Positions 1 through 14,467 are shown, counted from the whole stretch's first letter. The stretch is DNA of 63,949 nucleotides, filler included, from Folioceros fuciformis (GCA_049999805.1; 6 parts of 6 records of this genome joined end to end with filler, not necessarily neighbours in it), one strand, 5' to 3'. Numbers and translations: made by a program. Notes: a model not told the origin generated them from the letters alone.

Positions 1-3000
1 AAGTTGAGTTTCAAGGTAACTGTTGAGTTTTGATCTTTGTTTTAGGGTTGAGTTACCGAAATATGTTTGAGAGTTTTAGTGTTAGTAGTAGTTTCATATC
101 TTTGTTTCAAGGTTGAGTTTCAGAACTTTGTGTTCGGGTTGAGTTGTTAGAACTTCTTTCATAGTTGAGAATAAATGGTAACAAATACCTATAGAGGCTT
201 TTCATGGGTATTACATTGAATAATAGTGTACAAAATGTCTACATATATAATTAGATCATAATATTAGTAATTAATATTTCATATACCACTGACACTAATT
301 GCAAAAACTTCAAGCTACTCTATAAATCTTCTCCAAACTTGGGTCTGCCTTTTTCCTTTAAAACCACCTTTCCATACCTTAAAACTCGTCTTGAAAACTT
401 ATGATCCTCAGCTCTTGGAAACTTCTAACTACCTTGNNNNNNNNNNCTTGAAAACTTATGATCCTCAGCTCTTGGAAACTTCTAACTACCTTGCTTTCCT
501 ACAGAGAGTAGGTATTGTCAACAATTAAACTTCTAACTACCTTGCTTTCCTACAGAGAGCAGGTATTGTTGACAATTAAATCTCTAACTACCTTGCTTTC
601 CAACAGAGAGTAGGTATTGTCGACAACTACTAGCCGCCTTCTTAGCCTAATCGTAGCCCTAACCCTAACAATATTCTCGAAGCTGAAGCTACTCCTCACC
701 CTAGAGTTGCAGCTGCCTTCTACCCTATAAAACTGTCTCTAGGTTTTGTGACATTCATGGTATTTTCTAGCTAGGTGCCCCTTGGCAAGCTCTGAATCTC
801 ATATCATGATCATGTGGTTTGGTTTCTCTTCTCATATGGCACTTGGTGGTAGGAATAACATATAGTGACCTGATCACTTTGTAGGCTTAAATGTTAGTCA
901 CCCATTACTTCGTGTCATACAACATAAAAGCATCCATGACTCGCTCTTTCTTCTCCTGTCCCACACGGAAAGCCCAATTCAATGTGTGAGTGAGCTGGCC
1001 TTTCCGTATGGGACAAGAGTAGAAACACGATTGTCAATGAGGAGGAACTTCCATGCGCTTTGAACTCTCATCCAGCTCTGCTTTGTGGTAGTTCTGCAGC
1101 CAGATGATCATCTGTTTGCAAAGAACATATATATATATGTCTAACACAGCTAGTCTGAACATCATCTAAGGGTTGTGATGGATTGGGTAGCCATAGTTGA
1201 GAACGGGCACCAGGAAATTATGAAGGGATCCCAGTGGGTGCGCTCATATGTCTTTCATCCAAAAAGAAGTCTAGGCAGGCTCCGCATAGAACAGAGACGG
1301 TCACCTCAACACAAGCCTGGCCTGCTGGTGATCTCAAGGCCTAGCCTACAATGAGAGAAGGTAATGCTGCTGAGCGCTCTGGCGTTCTGGTTCCAGGAGT
1401 GAGGGTTCCAGGACAACGGGGAGCTCTTGCTCCGTCTCTTGCTCACTGTTACAGGCCTTGAAAGATGGGGATGCTGCTATGGCAGATGTGACCAGCAAAT
1501 TTAATTCTGGCCCACCTCAGCCCAGCTCCCCAGCGATGAAGGCGGGAGCTTGTTCCTAGCTCACGAGGTCATGGGCACTCCATACCAGTATTCATACCAA
1601 CTCCCTGACACACTGGAAACTTGAAGTGGATACGGTCAGTGGTGAATGCTGGGTATGAAAAACAAGGGCTAGGACACGAGGCACTTGTTTCGGGTGAACA
1701 CATGGAGCAGGAGGGCCTCATTTTGGCTCGCCATATCGGTTACTTAAGCACTGAGGGGCTGCACAAGCAGGGGAGTCATCCAGAGAACATTGAGAGGACC
1801 GTGTGCTCCCCGAGTGTGCAAAATCGACTGCTGCAAGATATTGCTTTAGCCGTCTGCCCTGCCGTCCAGCAAAGCGAGTGCTGCATGATGTTGTTTTGGC
1901 CGTCTGCCCTGCTGTCCAGCACATAACTATGTGTGCAATGAGAGATGTGGTGAAGAGGAATTTGTACTCCAGGTTTTGGACACCTTGGCCTAAACGCGTG
2001 TGGTGACATGCAATGCGCTGGTTGCCCCAGGTGGGCACCTGCCCGGTGGACACGTAACTACTATTTTAATGCGGTGCATGGAAGAGGAAGATGCTCTTTG
2101 GTGGGCCTGTTTGGTCACAACGGATGCGGTGACGGAAGAGGAAGATGCTCTTGGGTGGGCATGGTTAGTATTATCGCTCTGAGATTTGGTTTTTGGGCAA
2201 TTCTAGAGCGATTTGGCTGGTGGTGGTATTCTAGCTGAGCCTCAGCATGACATTGTGCAGTGTGTACCACAGTTGCACGGAGGCTTGAACAGAGAAGCAG
2301 GAGAAGGGATCGTAGGAGCTGGGATCTGGGACCCAGCATCCGCAATCGGGTTTTCAAGAGCTGCAGGCCCCCGGATTTCAAAGGACCAGTGCATGTGCCC
2401 TCATTCCGTTTTGGTTCTTTTCTTTTCGGTTTCACTTGGATTGCTGCTTGCCGGCAGTGAATTGAAATTCGGCCATCTAAGGGCAGTCGGCTTGTGAGGA
2501 ACCTCTGGTCCTATCTCGTTGGAGCGAGGGGCCTGGTAGATCCCTGTCTACAGCAACATGTGTGGGAAATCCAGGCTGGTCCAAGTTGGCCAGCAGCTGG
2601 AGCAAGGGACAGAACATGACCTCTGGGACACCAACAATGCTGACTAAGTGGGGAGACTGGTGGGCCAACGGTGTTCTAAACATCATAACAAGCAGGCCCC
2701 GGGCATACGAGTCAGGAAATGCTGGCCAAGCGGGCAAACTGTTACTCTGTCTTTACGTAATCGTTTATTTGGCCAAAGTCGAAGTGATGTTGCCTCGTCC
2801 AAGTTGAGGTGATCACCTGATGTGCTCAGGCTGAACCCCCTTCTGCCGGATGTGCACCATATCATCAAGGTTGCTGGCCCAGTTCTGGAAGTGGCTTTCC
2901 CCCAAGAACTTGGTTTGACTCTCTTAAGGTAACCTAATGCCTCCTGACGCGCATGAATGGAATAAGGACCTCAGCTCCTTCCTAGCTCAAAAGCTCAAAG

Positions 3001-3380
3001 GTTGGGGAGGTCGCTTAGGTTGGAAAGTTCCCTCGGGTTGGAGAGTTCCCTCATATCTCTCACCTTGTGTGTAGTCTTGAGATCAGCTCCTTCCTAGCTT
3101 TCACCTAAAGGTGGGAGACTTCCCTCGTATGTTACCCTGTGTCTGTTCTTGAGCAAAGTTCCTTCGTAGCTGTGAGGACCAAGGGTGTCTTTGATAGTAC
3201 CAGAAAGAGCCACTGGTGAAAAAGTAAAGATAGTATTCCAAAACAAGCCCAGCACACTCAACCCGTACAGACTTGGGTAGCTAGAGTAAGTCTCTGGACA
3301 TCTTGGGGTTTTCTTTCATCCTTGAAAAGTGAAATAAATTTGTTGCAACATTTTGACACACTTGAAGACATATCCATACA
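1..3380. mobile_element. Degenerate TE-derived region (probable LTR retrotransposon remnant)
   Basis: Tandem repeats, short local duplications (1849-1921, 2080-2160), no coherent ORF; faint gag-like text on the minus strand at 2477-2737. Confidence 0.35.
476..627. repeat. ~51-bp tandem repeat, 3 copies (aaacttctaactaccttgctttcctacagagagtaggtattgtcaacaatt), probably LTR-internal
   Basis: Three near-identical units are visible directly; the region ends in tgtgaca followed by a weak tggtat PBS-like word near 750. Confidence 0.8.
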
Positions 3381-4171
3381 TGTTCATAGATCATGTAGTT
3401 CTTTGGCCATACCCAGACCTATTACAATATTCAAAATGACTTCTATTACTTCGCTAGGGCTATAATGTGTTATAACAGCTGCAACAGAACCTCCTAAAAA
3501 GGTTGCAGCTCTTGTAGAAGGAGGAGGTGGATCACTTCTTGGAATGTGTGAAACGTCCCGAGATGTGATCCAACGCATCGACGCCGAGGGCGTTAGCACA
3601 GAAACCGGGTGTCTACCGAGAAGTCCCAATCGTAGTCGGGTCGGCTGCGCGGCAGCAATCCCCCGCTGAATCCGCCTAGTCTTCCTTCCTTCAGTTGCCT
3701 GTTTCCGATGCTTTCGGCAGACGGACTTTACATGTGCAGGGAATGGCCGGAAGCTCATTCGGCTAAAGCTGGGAAGCTCTGGGTAATGCCTGGAGTTGCT
3801 GTTGAACGACGTACCCCACACCTTTCAGTGTGTGCGTAGGATTGCATGTCTGCCATCTACGAGCTAAGCAGCTCCTGGCATCATTGACACAGAAAGGATC
3901 GTCTCTGCCATCTACGAGCTGTATCCTGGTATCATTCACACAGGAAGGATGGGAGAAGATCCGTAGCACGGCTACCGTTGCAGCTAAACCTGGTTGCCAT
4001 TTTTCTCAAAAGGGCCTAACCACTTTCTGGCTTCGCGTTCCTCATTTTGGTACGAGACAGAAAGTAGTGAGGAACATTTCCTTCCATCCTACCAAATGGA
4101 AGTGTACTACGTTCTCCCCCTCCCCCTGAATCACAGAACCTAAATTTGAATGAATTGAAATGCACTAACTC

Positions 4172-7100
4172 CTAGCTCTGGATGCACTCTGCCCCTGTCC
4201 GGTCGATTTCAACCACAAGGGCATCTGCTTGCACACCGTCCACGAGACTGCCGTCTGTTGATACAACTGACGCTAACTCGGCCTTACCGACTAGAATAGG
4301 ATCTGCCTGAACAGTGGAGTCCGGAAGACACAGGTCCGGAGATCTCTCCGATGGTATACCATGGTCTAGAAGAACCTGTGCAATAGACTTCCGTGCCGCA
4401 GTGGTCTCAAGAACTATCAAAGTGTCGTAATCTAACTCAAAGCGAAGAAAGTCGTCTGTGCAAGCTGCAACAAGCGTCCCAGTTAGGCTCACCCTAAACC
4501 CTACAAACGTAAACAAATGTTCTGAAGCATAAGATAAACACACGACGGCCACTTACAGTCTACCAGCTCTGCAAGTTGCTTTAAATTTCGGATTTTCGTC
4601 CCATTGAATGCAAGAACCTGGGAGCATCTACCGATGAGTCAAGGAGCAAAAAAAAGAGAACCATCATATCCTGTCAGGAGATGGAGCCTTACGTACTTGT
4701 GTATTGGCGATCTCTTCGTACCCTATGTTGACATCGTTAGCAAGAACCTGCAAAAAACGGGAATTTCTCAGTCATCTCGCACACACTGTGTAACGAGTGT
4801 GCAAGATGCCGGGCGACGATTATACTCACCTGCGCGACAACAACCAATTGCTCGTCATCGAACTGTGCCATTGAGTGTCCAGCCTTTTCGAGAAGTCGGA
4901 CCTGCAATATTGGCAAACACAGAGTGACTGCCTGCCGGAGGATGATCATCACAGCGTCACGGTTCCAGAGGAGCCTCAGAGGTAGAAGCTACTCAAGATT
5001 GTCTTACCGCTGTAAACTCGTAGTCACCACCATATTCAGATCTGCAGGAGAGACCCTGCTGTTAGTCCAATTCGTGTCTCTAAGAAATTCCAAAAATCCT
5101 CGCAAATTCCACAAACAAATTCAGTGGAGTCAAAACTCACTCCAGAAAAGGTTGACACACAGGCGTGAAGACCAATCCAGCGACAATGTAGTAAGATGGA
5201 AGCCTCCCACCAATATGTACTGGGACCTGTACAAATCGAATGTCAGAGACACTCAGATGCACACAGAGCAAGAGTTGGAGACATTTTCGTGAGTTACCAA
5301 ATGGACTGCAGTCTTCAATGTAGTCTGCAGTTTGAGGACCTCACCATCCCGAAGTATCTCAAGCTCAGCTGTTTCACCTGAAAATCTAACAAGGAAAAGA
5401 TGAACAAAGATAAAAAATTCTGAAGTGTAAGCCACCTGTGACATCACACAAGACTGAAGGCAGGAAGAAACAACGACAGCCTATCGACATACAGCGTGGT
5501 CCTTGGGCGGGTTTAATACTCACTTCTGGCTCACAAGAAAGCCAAATGAAATTCGTTCAAGTCCTCGAAAAGGTACGGTTCCCTCGTTGGCAATGCTCAC
5601 TCGATCGAATTTCAGGAGCACATCACCCTGCAGATATTCAGATTCTATCTGCATCATTTACCATATCCTGATTGACCAAGAACCATCTCTGCAAAAGACA
5701 CTTGACTAACCTGTTTAATAACGTTAGACGATGGTGACGTTGGTTCCACTTTCCTGATCAACACACCCTGCAACAGCAGTCTCAAAGCAGAAATCAGAAA
5801 AACTGCTCATAGCATTAGGGTACGTTAAGGCTTAGAATACAAAAGAAGCTCCAACCTTTTGGTCCTTCATTTTCAAAAATTCTCTCATGGCAGGATTTTC
5901 CAGCCTTTGCCAGAGTATGCCCAAGCAGGGGAATCCTGAAACTTCAGGAGTTAGTATCTCCCTTGTCCAGGAATTAGCAGGAAACAAACAGGCCGAATGG
6001 AAATCCAGCCAGCCAAGTACTTCGATCAAGTTACAAGAGTATTAGGTCTCTGACAAACCTGTGAACTTCCCATTGCGTTCGAAGTCAGATAAAAAGTGTG
6101 CCACTACCGGCGTTGGGATCACCCACCCAATATTCTCAGTATCTGCTGACTTGAGTGTCTATCAGTGTTCAACAGCCCAAAAATTGCTGGTCATGAGAAT
6201 CCTACATGCAACAGTGCACCGCATAAAACAGAGCAGTAAGTGAAGAGATAACATGCCAACCTGAAAGGCAATGCCCACACACTCGCCCTTCTTGTTGAAT
6301 GCTGGACCACCACTATTACCTACACAAAGATAGTCCCGCACGAGCATATAGTGAGTGCACATTGAATGATTGCAATGACAATCGCAGACGATTCAAACCC
6401 TCACTATTGGTAGCATATGCAAGGGTCCTTTGGATCATGGGCCATCAACTTGAGACACACTGAGATTTCCGGAGCCTGTCACCTGGATTGATTGCAGCAT
6501 CGATCTGCACTGCGAGCAGCTCAGCAGCGCCATGGACATAGGAGGTGACCTGCACAGAGGCAGTTAAAAACAATGAAGACTCAACACTTACATCTGACGC
6601 CAATCCAAGAAGCCACACTATGGAATGCAAGCATGAGCCTCAAGAATGGCATACCTCAATGCGAGAAACCACACCACTGGTAACAGAGATTGTGTCTCCT
6701 CCAACTGGGTATCCAACAACAGTGACATCATCCTGTTTGGAATTCATTTGCCAGCCGCTCAGATGGGAGTGACAATCCATCACAGATGAGAAAAAGAATC
6801 CTACATAGTCAACCAGACCAAATTTGGCAAGAATGAGACTGTTACCTGCAAATGAGGTAGGCTACCAAACCGCAAAGGTTCAACATCCTTCCAAAACTCA
6901 TCATCGTCAACTGAAAGGAGGGCAATGTCGCATTCAGGACCAATTGCCAGCACCTGCCCCAGAAAGAAGTTTAGAAATTGAGCCCGTTACCAGACCAAGA
7001 TGAATGCACAGCAATGACTTACAGTTGCCACAAACTTTGTGTCGTCCCCTCTCCTTTTCACCTTGACCTGGATACAAAGAAAAGAGCAATTTGGGTATGG

Positions 7101-8342
7101 TCAATTCTCTGTTGGACAGGAGGCAACAGGAAAAACACGAAGCTCAGGTCCACAGTCTAAACAAGTTCCGACAGCTGAAGCACGTGTTCAGAGATTCCCC
7201 ATATTTTTGTTGGACAAGGTTTGCATGCGTGCATTTAAACCAGGAGGACAATTCAGGTCAAACAGCCACATTTTTAAGACAGGCATTAAGACTATCTGGA
7301 CCTTGGCATTGTACAAACCAGTTAAAATACATTCAGGTGGTTCACACCAGATAAAAAATGATATACCTGTGTATGATGCTCCACGCAGTGAGCATTGGTC
7401 AATAATCTTCGATTGGCTATCATGAAGCCACTGGACAACAAAGAGAGGTTCAGTGCATCAAGTTTTAATCTCCTGACCAAACTGTATAGAGACAGCACCC
7501 CTTGTGGCTCCAGCAACATAAAACTGTGATGGAATTCGTTAAGCCAGTACCTGCCAGTAGAAGAGTATTGCCTCTGTTTTTGCCAAGGTAATGAAAAGTT
7601 TGGTTCGGTGTGGGTGCAATAAACCTGCAGAAGAGAGGGACAGTCGAACACTCAGTGCACAAATACTTTTGTAAGAAATTGTCGGAATGCACAGGTGAGC
7701 ACGTACCTTGACAACGGCATCCAAAAACGGGGCGTCTCGCAAGGCTTCATCCTCATCAAACTGTCCCAGATTCAAGGGGTGAGGGGCTCAAGCTTAACAT
7801 GGAGCAGCAATGCACTAGCCTGTTAGCGAAAACAATGAAACCATTTCCGGACGAGAACTTTAGCCACGCACCATGTATAACCAGTCGGAATCAATACTAT
7901 CAATCAAGTCCACCGTGTCCTTATCCTTGAATTGTCCCTTTCCCAAAGACGGCTTTGGGGAGAGTTGCTGCTTCTCTCTGTCACGTCTGCTAGCTTTAGC
8001 AGGTAGAGGTATCAAACCATCCCTACATCTATATGATCTCGTTGAGATCCAAGGCGAGCCTTGAGGCTCTCTTGTCCAGCCAGAGGGGTCATAATCTGCC
8101 TGTACAACCGGTTTGAGCCTGAACGAGTATGGCCTTACTCCAATGCACACCCAGAACTCCAATGGGGGCAACAATCCGCAAAACCGGGATGAAAATGAAC
8201 CATCGCACTGACCTGCAATTCCAGGCTTGTCGGAGACGGTGTGCCACACCTGAACCGCCCAAGGCCATGCCTTGCAGAGAGCAGTCCACCCACGCTGCTC
8301 CTGGATTGCGGTAGCAAGGGCGCGGGACACGGTGCTGGCCAT
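4172..8342 (-). CDS. Deg/HtrA serine protease (DEG2/DEG9 clade), multi-exon, probable N-terminal targeting peptide; start uncertain
   Basis: Exons read [78 protein letters not shown] (His/Asp/Ser triad), then PDZ region EGTVPFR...[14 protein letters not shown] introns throughout. Confidence 0.93.
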
Positions 8343-9984
8343 GTCCAGGAATGCTCGTGAGAGGGGACAAATGTAGCTGGCCCTGGTAGATTGACGATAC
8401 AACCCCCACCGCTGGCCGCCATGACAGAAGCCACCCGGCTCTCACGGAACCTGGCGCGCCACGGTCACCATACTCAATATCTTGGCGAGCTGAGATAAAG
8501 AGTGAATTTCATAGAGCAAATGTGTGATCAGCGTCACCTGACGCTGGCCTCGCCCCGCAGCAGCCCCCCAAAGGCCTTCCAGTGAAGCATGCGACGGGTG
8601 TGCAGCTGCTACAGTGCAGCATTCATGTCACACAGGGAGACACATTTGCCGCATTGCACTGCGTGCACCAATCCACTCTTGTTGGGACTTGTCCTGTTCT
8701 TCAGCGCAGATTGGATCACCACTTAGGGCTCGGCTCACATTCGTGTAAATTTCTTTACCTTGCGATTTTCTCCCCTTGTCCATTACAGAAGGGAACCAGA
8801 TGCTGAGCTCCTGCTATGGAAATTGGTTTCTCGAGCAGTCGATCCTCATCGGCCCGGCCTTCTGCAGCTCACTGTACCGGTTTGGTCCTTCACCTTCCCG
8901 CAGCACTGGCGATGCATATGGAACATGGAAATTATCCATGTCCTGTTCACAAGCAGCTGCTATCCATCTAGAGTTACGTGATCATCACCAGCTTGCGAGC
9001 AACATCCGTCACGATGTGTTAACATCCAAGGACTTCCAAAGTGTTGACAAACGTAGTGAGACTGGCAGGTCTCCCAAGCATTTTTACTCAAGGCTGTGGA
9101 CATGTTTAGCAGAGATTCCGGGTGAGAAGAACTGCTCCACAGTTGCTTTCCTGTATGAAATTTAGATTAGTCTAGCAAGTTCATCCACAAGATGCAACCT
9201 TTTAGTCTCCGATCCAGTGTTTAAATTGCAGATGTTGCAATTGGAGTCTGCTCGTTCAACTCCCATAGGCATCGGACCACATCCATGCTGGATCATGATC
9301 CACCCTAAACGATTCCCCGCCGTTCTAGGGTGATGAAAAAATACAAGTAGGAAATGCTCTTGCAAGGCATGCCCTTTCCAGCAGCATCTGTCCTCTTCTC
9401 ACACAGAAGCTGGGCAGTATGTACAATCACCTCGTGGAGCGCCACCTTGCCAGGCTTGGGCATGTCTGATTCTGTCTGCGGATGGGCATGTTTAACTATC
9501 ACAAGGGTCCACAGAGATCAATTCCTAACCCTGTGATGGAACAACAGGTTTGGTTTCTTCGCAGGCCTACGCATGTGCTGCTCGAATCGTTGCTGTGCGA
9601 TCGTCTTCGGGGACCCAAGGACGTGCCGACCTGGGAGATGGAAGCGGGGCTCCGCCGCCGTTGGTCCCTTCCCTCGTTGATGGTCAGCAATGATGCATGG
9701 GAGTACGCACAAGCTGTCATCCTGAGCAAACGAAACCAGTTGTGAACGACAACCATACCACAGAGTGGTGGGACGGAAGGAAGTGAAAAGGATGCGTCGT
9801 GAGCTGAGGCTGGGACTGCGGGTACTGCCACCAATTGCTCATCTCCAGGTCGTCTCCGATGCTTAAGAGGATGACATCGCGCAAGGGCGGAGAGCCAATC
9901 CCCCGTCCAACAAGAACCGAAGTTGCTTTACACCGTGAAAATCCTAGCTCATCTTGCCTCCAGTTTAGTCAGGCCGTGCTCTGG

Positions 9985-10929
9985 TTAAACGATATAGAGG
10001 ACGTCCGGATCCAAGGATGTCGCTGAGCATTGTTTCAGACGTGGCCCCAATGGATGCCTCCAGTAATTGCAAAGCCTGCAGAAAGGCATTGCGCGCACAT
10101 TGGCAGGAATAAGAACCTAGTGGTATGTAGACACAGCATCACATATATATAGAAGCATAGGCCCTGCCCCACCCACAATGCTAGATATCAACAGGCATGC
10201 ACACTTACAAAAGGCATGCACACTTACAAAAGCCATGCAGTCGGGTGAGGACGATCACTGAAAGCATCTGATCCAATGTTACCTGCTTCGTACCAACCTC
10301 GACTTCGCACGTCTCTATGTCACTCCCGGGCCGCCCGTTGAGTTGAGCGAGCAAACGCATGAGGAGGCTCTCCTGATAGGCAAGTCATTTGTGCTCATGT
10401 AGCCTCAGGTGCCTACTCCCACAAATCCCTCACCAGTACGTTTACAACTGTAAACAACAGATCGTGTCCAGCATCCGGGGTGGCTGCTTGTGCCTGGATG
10501 GATGCAAGAGGCGTTGATCAATTCCATATTGATGCGTCTACAGCAGCGGCAAAAGTACATGTTGTTCTGTTGAACGCACGGCGCAGCTTGCTGATTCGAT
10601 ACGCAATTGACGAGACACTCGAATCCTGGGGAAGATCCGCGAAGACGGGTTGACACAGTAACTCCTTCAAAGCTTCCTCCCCAACGAAGTCTTTCAACGG
10701 CAGCCTCTGCACACTGTCGAGGATGTTGGACATGGCTGTGCCGGGCCTCCTCCTGTCTCCTTCGAGCAATGTAATAAGTTGCAAGACTCTGCTCATCGGA
10801 AGAGTGAGGAAGCTAAAGAGGAGGTCCACTAATTCCCTTTCCGGCTTCAATGTACAAAACTGAGTTGGTCCTTCTGTGTCTCGTCAAAGCCACTTGCCAA
10901 TACACCCTATGATCCACATGCGACGCCAT
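9985..10929 (-). pseudogene. DUF674-family pseudogene (frameshifted tandem duplicate of 12225-13180)
   Basis: Same ATG context, intron position and last exon as the intact copy; +1 indel at EAGK(G)/ELVDLLFSFLTLP and further indels near 10620 and 10360. Confidence 0.85.
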
Positions 10930-12224
10930 TTTCTTCTTGGATCTCCCCGAGAGTGTTCACGATCACGCCGATGCTTCCAAGAAATCGCAAGTGGTAATGG
11001 CCTGGGAAGAGATCAGCAAACCGTCTCAGCTGTCACGGATGAAATGGAGACTCGGAGACGGGACAAAGTAAGTAGTTTGAACTCCACCTACACACATCGC
11101 CATCGCCTTTAATTTAGTGGTTTGGGCAGTTGGAAACAGGTGTTTCCTTCGAGGCCGGTTGTGTTGACAGGACGGAATTTTTGCTGGGAGTTGACACCGC
11201 CTGCAACTACTGTGTCTGCCGCCTGTACCAGTGTATCAGTGACACAGTAACTCCATCATGGTTTTGCTCGAGCGTCGCTGCCATCTGCCTCCACCCCGTG
11301 CTCGTTGAAGCTCTGGCTCGAAGCTCTTGCAGTTTTTGTGTGTCGGGGACGGCGAACGTGATCCATGTCCTAAGTGTTGCCAGCTCTCTGTTTGTACTCA
11401 CTTTTGGCCTCCGATGAGTTTCCACTGCTCGGGATCTCTCTCTCATGATCCTACAACCTCTGTGTCTCATAAGTGCATGCCTGAAAAACATAGAAAGGAG
11501 AGACTGTCCACGAAATGAAGTCTGTACAGGCAAGTAGATGCCTTCAATGTCCAGGAAGCTCGGTGCTAACCGTTACCAACACACCTAACACACCTCAACC
11601 ATCGCAAAGCAACAGTGATAGATCACGCATATGAAAGACAGCCTATGTGACGAACCAGGAATATTATTCCTAGGTCTCTGCGTGGTTGATCAGCACGTTT
11701 ACACATGCGCACATACTTTGCAGGCAGTTCCACCTGCACAATTTTCGCACCATGTCTAGTCTGAGCAAGTCTGATTGAAATTCAACAGGTGCGATTCAGT
11801 TCGATTCAAAAGCCTGGCATTAGCGGAACATGATAGATGCCTTCGCATTTTACATTCCAAAAATGAGGACGACCGTCGGATGATCTCATTCAAGAAGTGT
11901 CTTCCAGGTTGTGAAGTATCAACGTTTTCGTGTTCACAAGCGTCAAGCTTTCGAAAAAACCACGGGGCTGAAAGCAACCGTGCAAAAGACTCTTTTCAGG
12001 CGAGGATAGAAGCTCTGGCGGGTGGAGCGCTACCGGAACAGTTTCAAGCAGAGCTTGGATGAATTGGCCATGGCCATGCTGTCACGAAATTGACAAGCCA
12101 AATATCCCAGCTGGTGAGCACTGGCTGCCCGTAGGCTGTGGATGACTGTTACACATACATATCTATGAGGGACTGAAAATCACCTAGCCTCTAGATAAGT
12201 CCAGGCCGTGCTCTGATCAAACGT

Positions 12225-13180
12225 TTAAGAGACAACGTTATCCTTCACTGCATCTGGAGGAAAGATGTCGCTGAGCATTGTTTTAGAGGTGGCCCGAATG
12301 AATGCCTCCAGTGATTGCAAAGCCTGCAGAAGGGCATTGCGCACACACCGGCAGGAATAAGAATCTATGTAGACACAACATCAGATATCTAGAGAAGCAT
12401 GTAACTGAGGATGCTGAGCAAATGCCCCACCACAATGCTAGATATCAACAGGCATGTACACCTATAGTAGCCATGCAATCGAATGAGGACGATCACTGAA
12501 ACCATCTGATCCAATGTTGTTACCTGCTTCGCACCAACCTTGACTTCGCATGTCTTTAGCTCACTCAAGGACCGCACGTTGAGCTGAGCGAGCAAACCTA
12601 TAGTATTCGTCGGGGAGGCTCTCGTGATACGCAACTCATTTGTGATCATGTAGCCTAAGGAGCCTACTCCCACAAATCCCTCACCAATGTTTTTACAACT
12701 GTACATAACAGAGCGTGTCCAACATTCGGGGTGGTTGCTTGTGCCTGGATGCATGCAAGTGGCGTTGATGAATTCCATACAGAAGCGTGAATTGCAGCGG
12801 CAGAAGTACGTCATGTTCTGTTGAGCGGGCGGCGCAGTTTGCTGATTCGATATGCAATTGACGAGACATGCAACATCTTTCGGAAGATCCGCGCAGACAG
12901 CTTGACACAGTAAATCTCTCAAGGCTGTCTCCCCGGCGAAGTCTTTCACCGGTAGCCTCTGCACGCTGTCGAGGATGTTGGACATGGCTGCGTGCGGCTT
13001 CCTCCTGTCTCCTTCGAGCAATGCAATAAGTTGCGAGACTCTGACCATCGGAAGAGTGAGGAAGCTGAAGAGCAGGTCCACGAATTCTTTTCCGGCTTCC
13101 ATGTACAAAACTGAGTTGGTCGTTTTATGTCTGGTCAAAGTCACTTGCCAGCACACCCTATCATCCACAAGCGACGCCAT
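12225..13180 (-). CDS. DUF674-family protein, 2 exons (13180-12524, 12323-12225), ~251 aa
   Basis: Signature VLYMEAGKEFVDLLFSFLTLP, Cys-rich middle, GFV..YMITNEL; spliced last exon ALQSLEAFIRATSKTMLSDIF matches the DUF674 C-terminus. Confidence 0.88.
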
Positions 13181-14017
13181 TTCCCCTTCGGATCTCCCCG
13201 AGAGTGCTCGCGATCCCGCCGCTGGCTCGCAAGAAAAGGCAAGTGGTAATGGCCTGGGAAGAGGAGAGTAAACAGTCTCAGCTTACAGGGATAAGAAGGA
13301 GCGACACCGAGGGAGAAATGAAGTAGTTTGAACTCCACGTACGACACATCGCTAGCTTGTGCCTTCACATTTATTGTAGTTTTTTAGGCCGTTAGAAGCA
13401 GGTATGGTTCCTTCGAGGCCGGAGTGTTGACAGGACGGATTCTTTGCTGGGAGTTGACACCGCCTGTACCAACTCTGTCTGTCGCCTAAACCTACTCTGT
13501 CTGCCGCCTGTACCAGTGTACCAGTGTTCCAGAGACACAGTAGCTCCGTCAATATTTGGCTCGAGAGTCGCTGTATCTGCCCTCCACCCTGTACTTGTTT
13601 AAGATCTGACTCGAGGCTCTTAATCAGTCTTTGTGTGTCAGGGATGGAGAAGGTGATCCATGTCCAAAGTGTCTAACAGTTCTCCGTTTGTGCACATTTT
13701 CGGCCTCCGATGAGTTTCCACCGCTCGGGCTGTCTCACAAAGTGCATAGCCTGTAAGGCCTGTTGAGGTTCGAGGTCACTGTTCAAGTTCCTCATTTGGC
13801 AACGCTTTCAAGCAAATCAAAGCGTTATCAATATCCCCGTTGACGATGAACACTGGCCTTCAGGCTGCCAATACGCACGGTGGAGAGGAATTCACTCTTC
13901 TTCGACAAGACACAAAACAGAAAACACCTCTCACCAATCAGCTTCCAGTCTGAAGACATGTATATTGTAGTGTGGGGTGTAGCAATCTCTGTGCAAACAG
14001 CCTTCGGAAAGACTTTC

Positions 14018-14467
14018 GCACACGGCAACTGAATTCTCCTCTCACCACATGCTTCTGCTGAGACTTCAAAACAACCGATTCTGTTTTCCGGTTTTCGCAA
14101 CCAGGCCTGGTCCTTCCAGGTTGCGACCTGGAAGGCGGAGGGTTCCGAGTCCCGTGCGCTTGGCAAGTAACGCTCGGCGAGCGTCCCACTCCGGCCGCTG
14201 GTCAGCGGAAGTCATCAGCGTGTCAGGTCCAGGAGCACACGGCAACTGAATTCTCCTCTCACCACATGCTTCTGCTGAGATCCCAAAACAACGGATTCCT
14301 TTTTCCGGTTTTCGCAACCAGGCCTGGTCCTGCCAGGTTGCGACCTAGAAGGCGGAGGGTTCCGAGTCCCGTGCGCTGGGCGTGCTTGGCAAGTAACGCT
14401 CGGCGAGCGTCCCACTCCGGCCGCTTGTCAGCGGAAGCCATCAGCGTGTCAGGTCCAGGAGCACACG
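14018..14467. repeat. Tandem duplication of a ~217-bp unit (2 copies; second has a small insertion)
   Basis: cacacggcaactgaattctcc...gtcaggtccaggagcacac occurs twice back to back. Confidence 0.9.

Noticed and set aside
8582..9950. Several overlapping short ORFs upstream of the Deg gene
   Set aside because: No recognisable motif in any frame; may be a decayed gene but cannot be supported.
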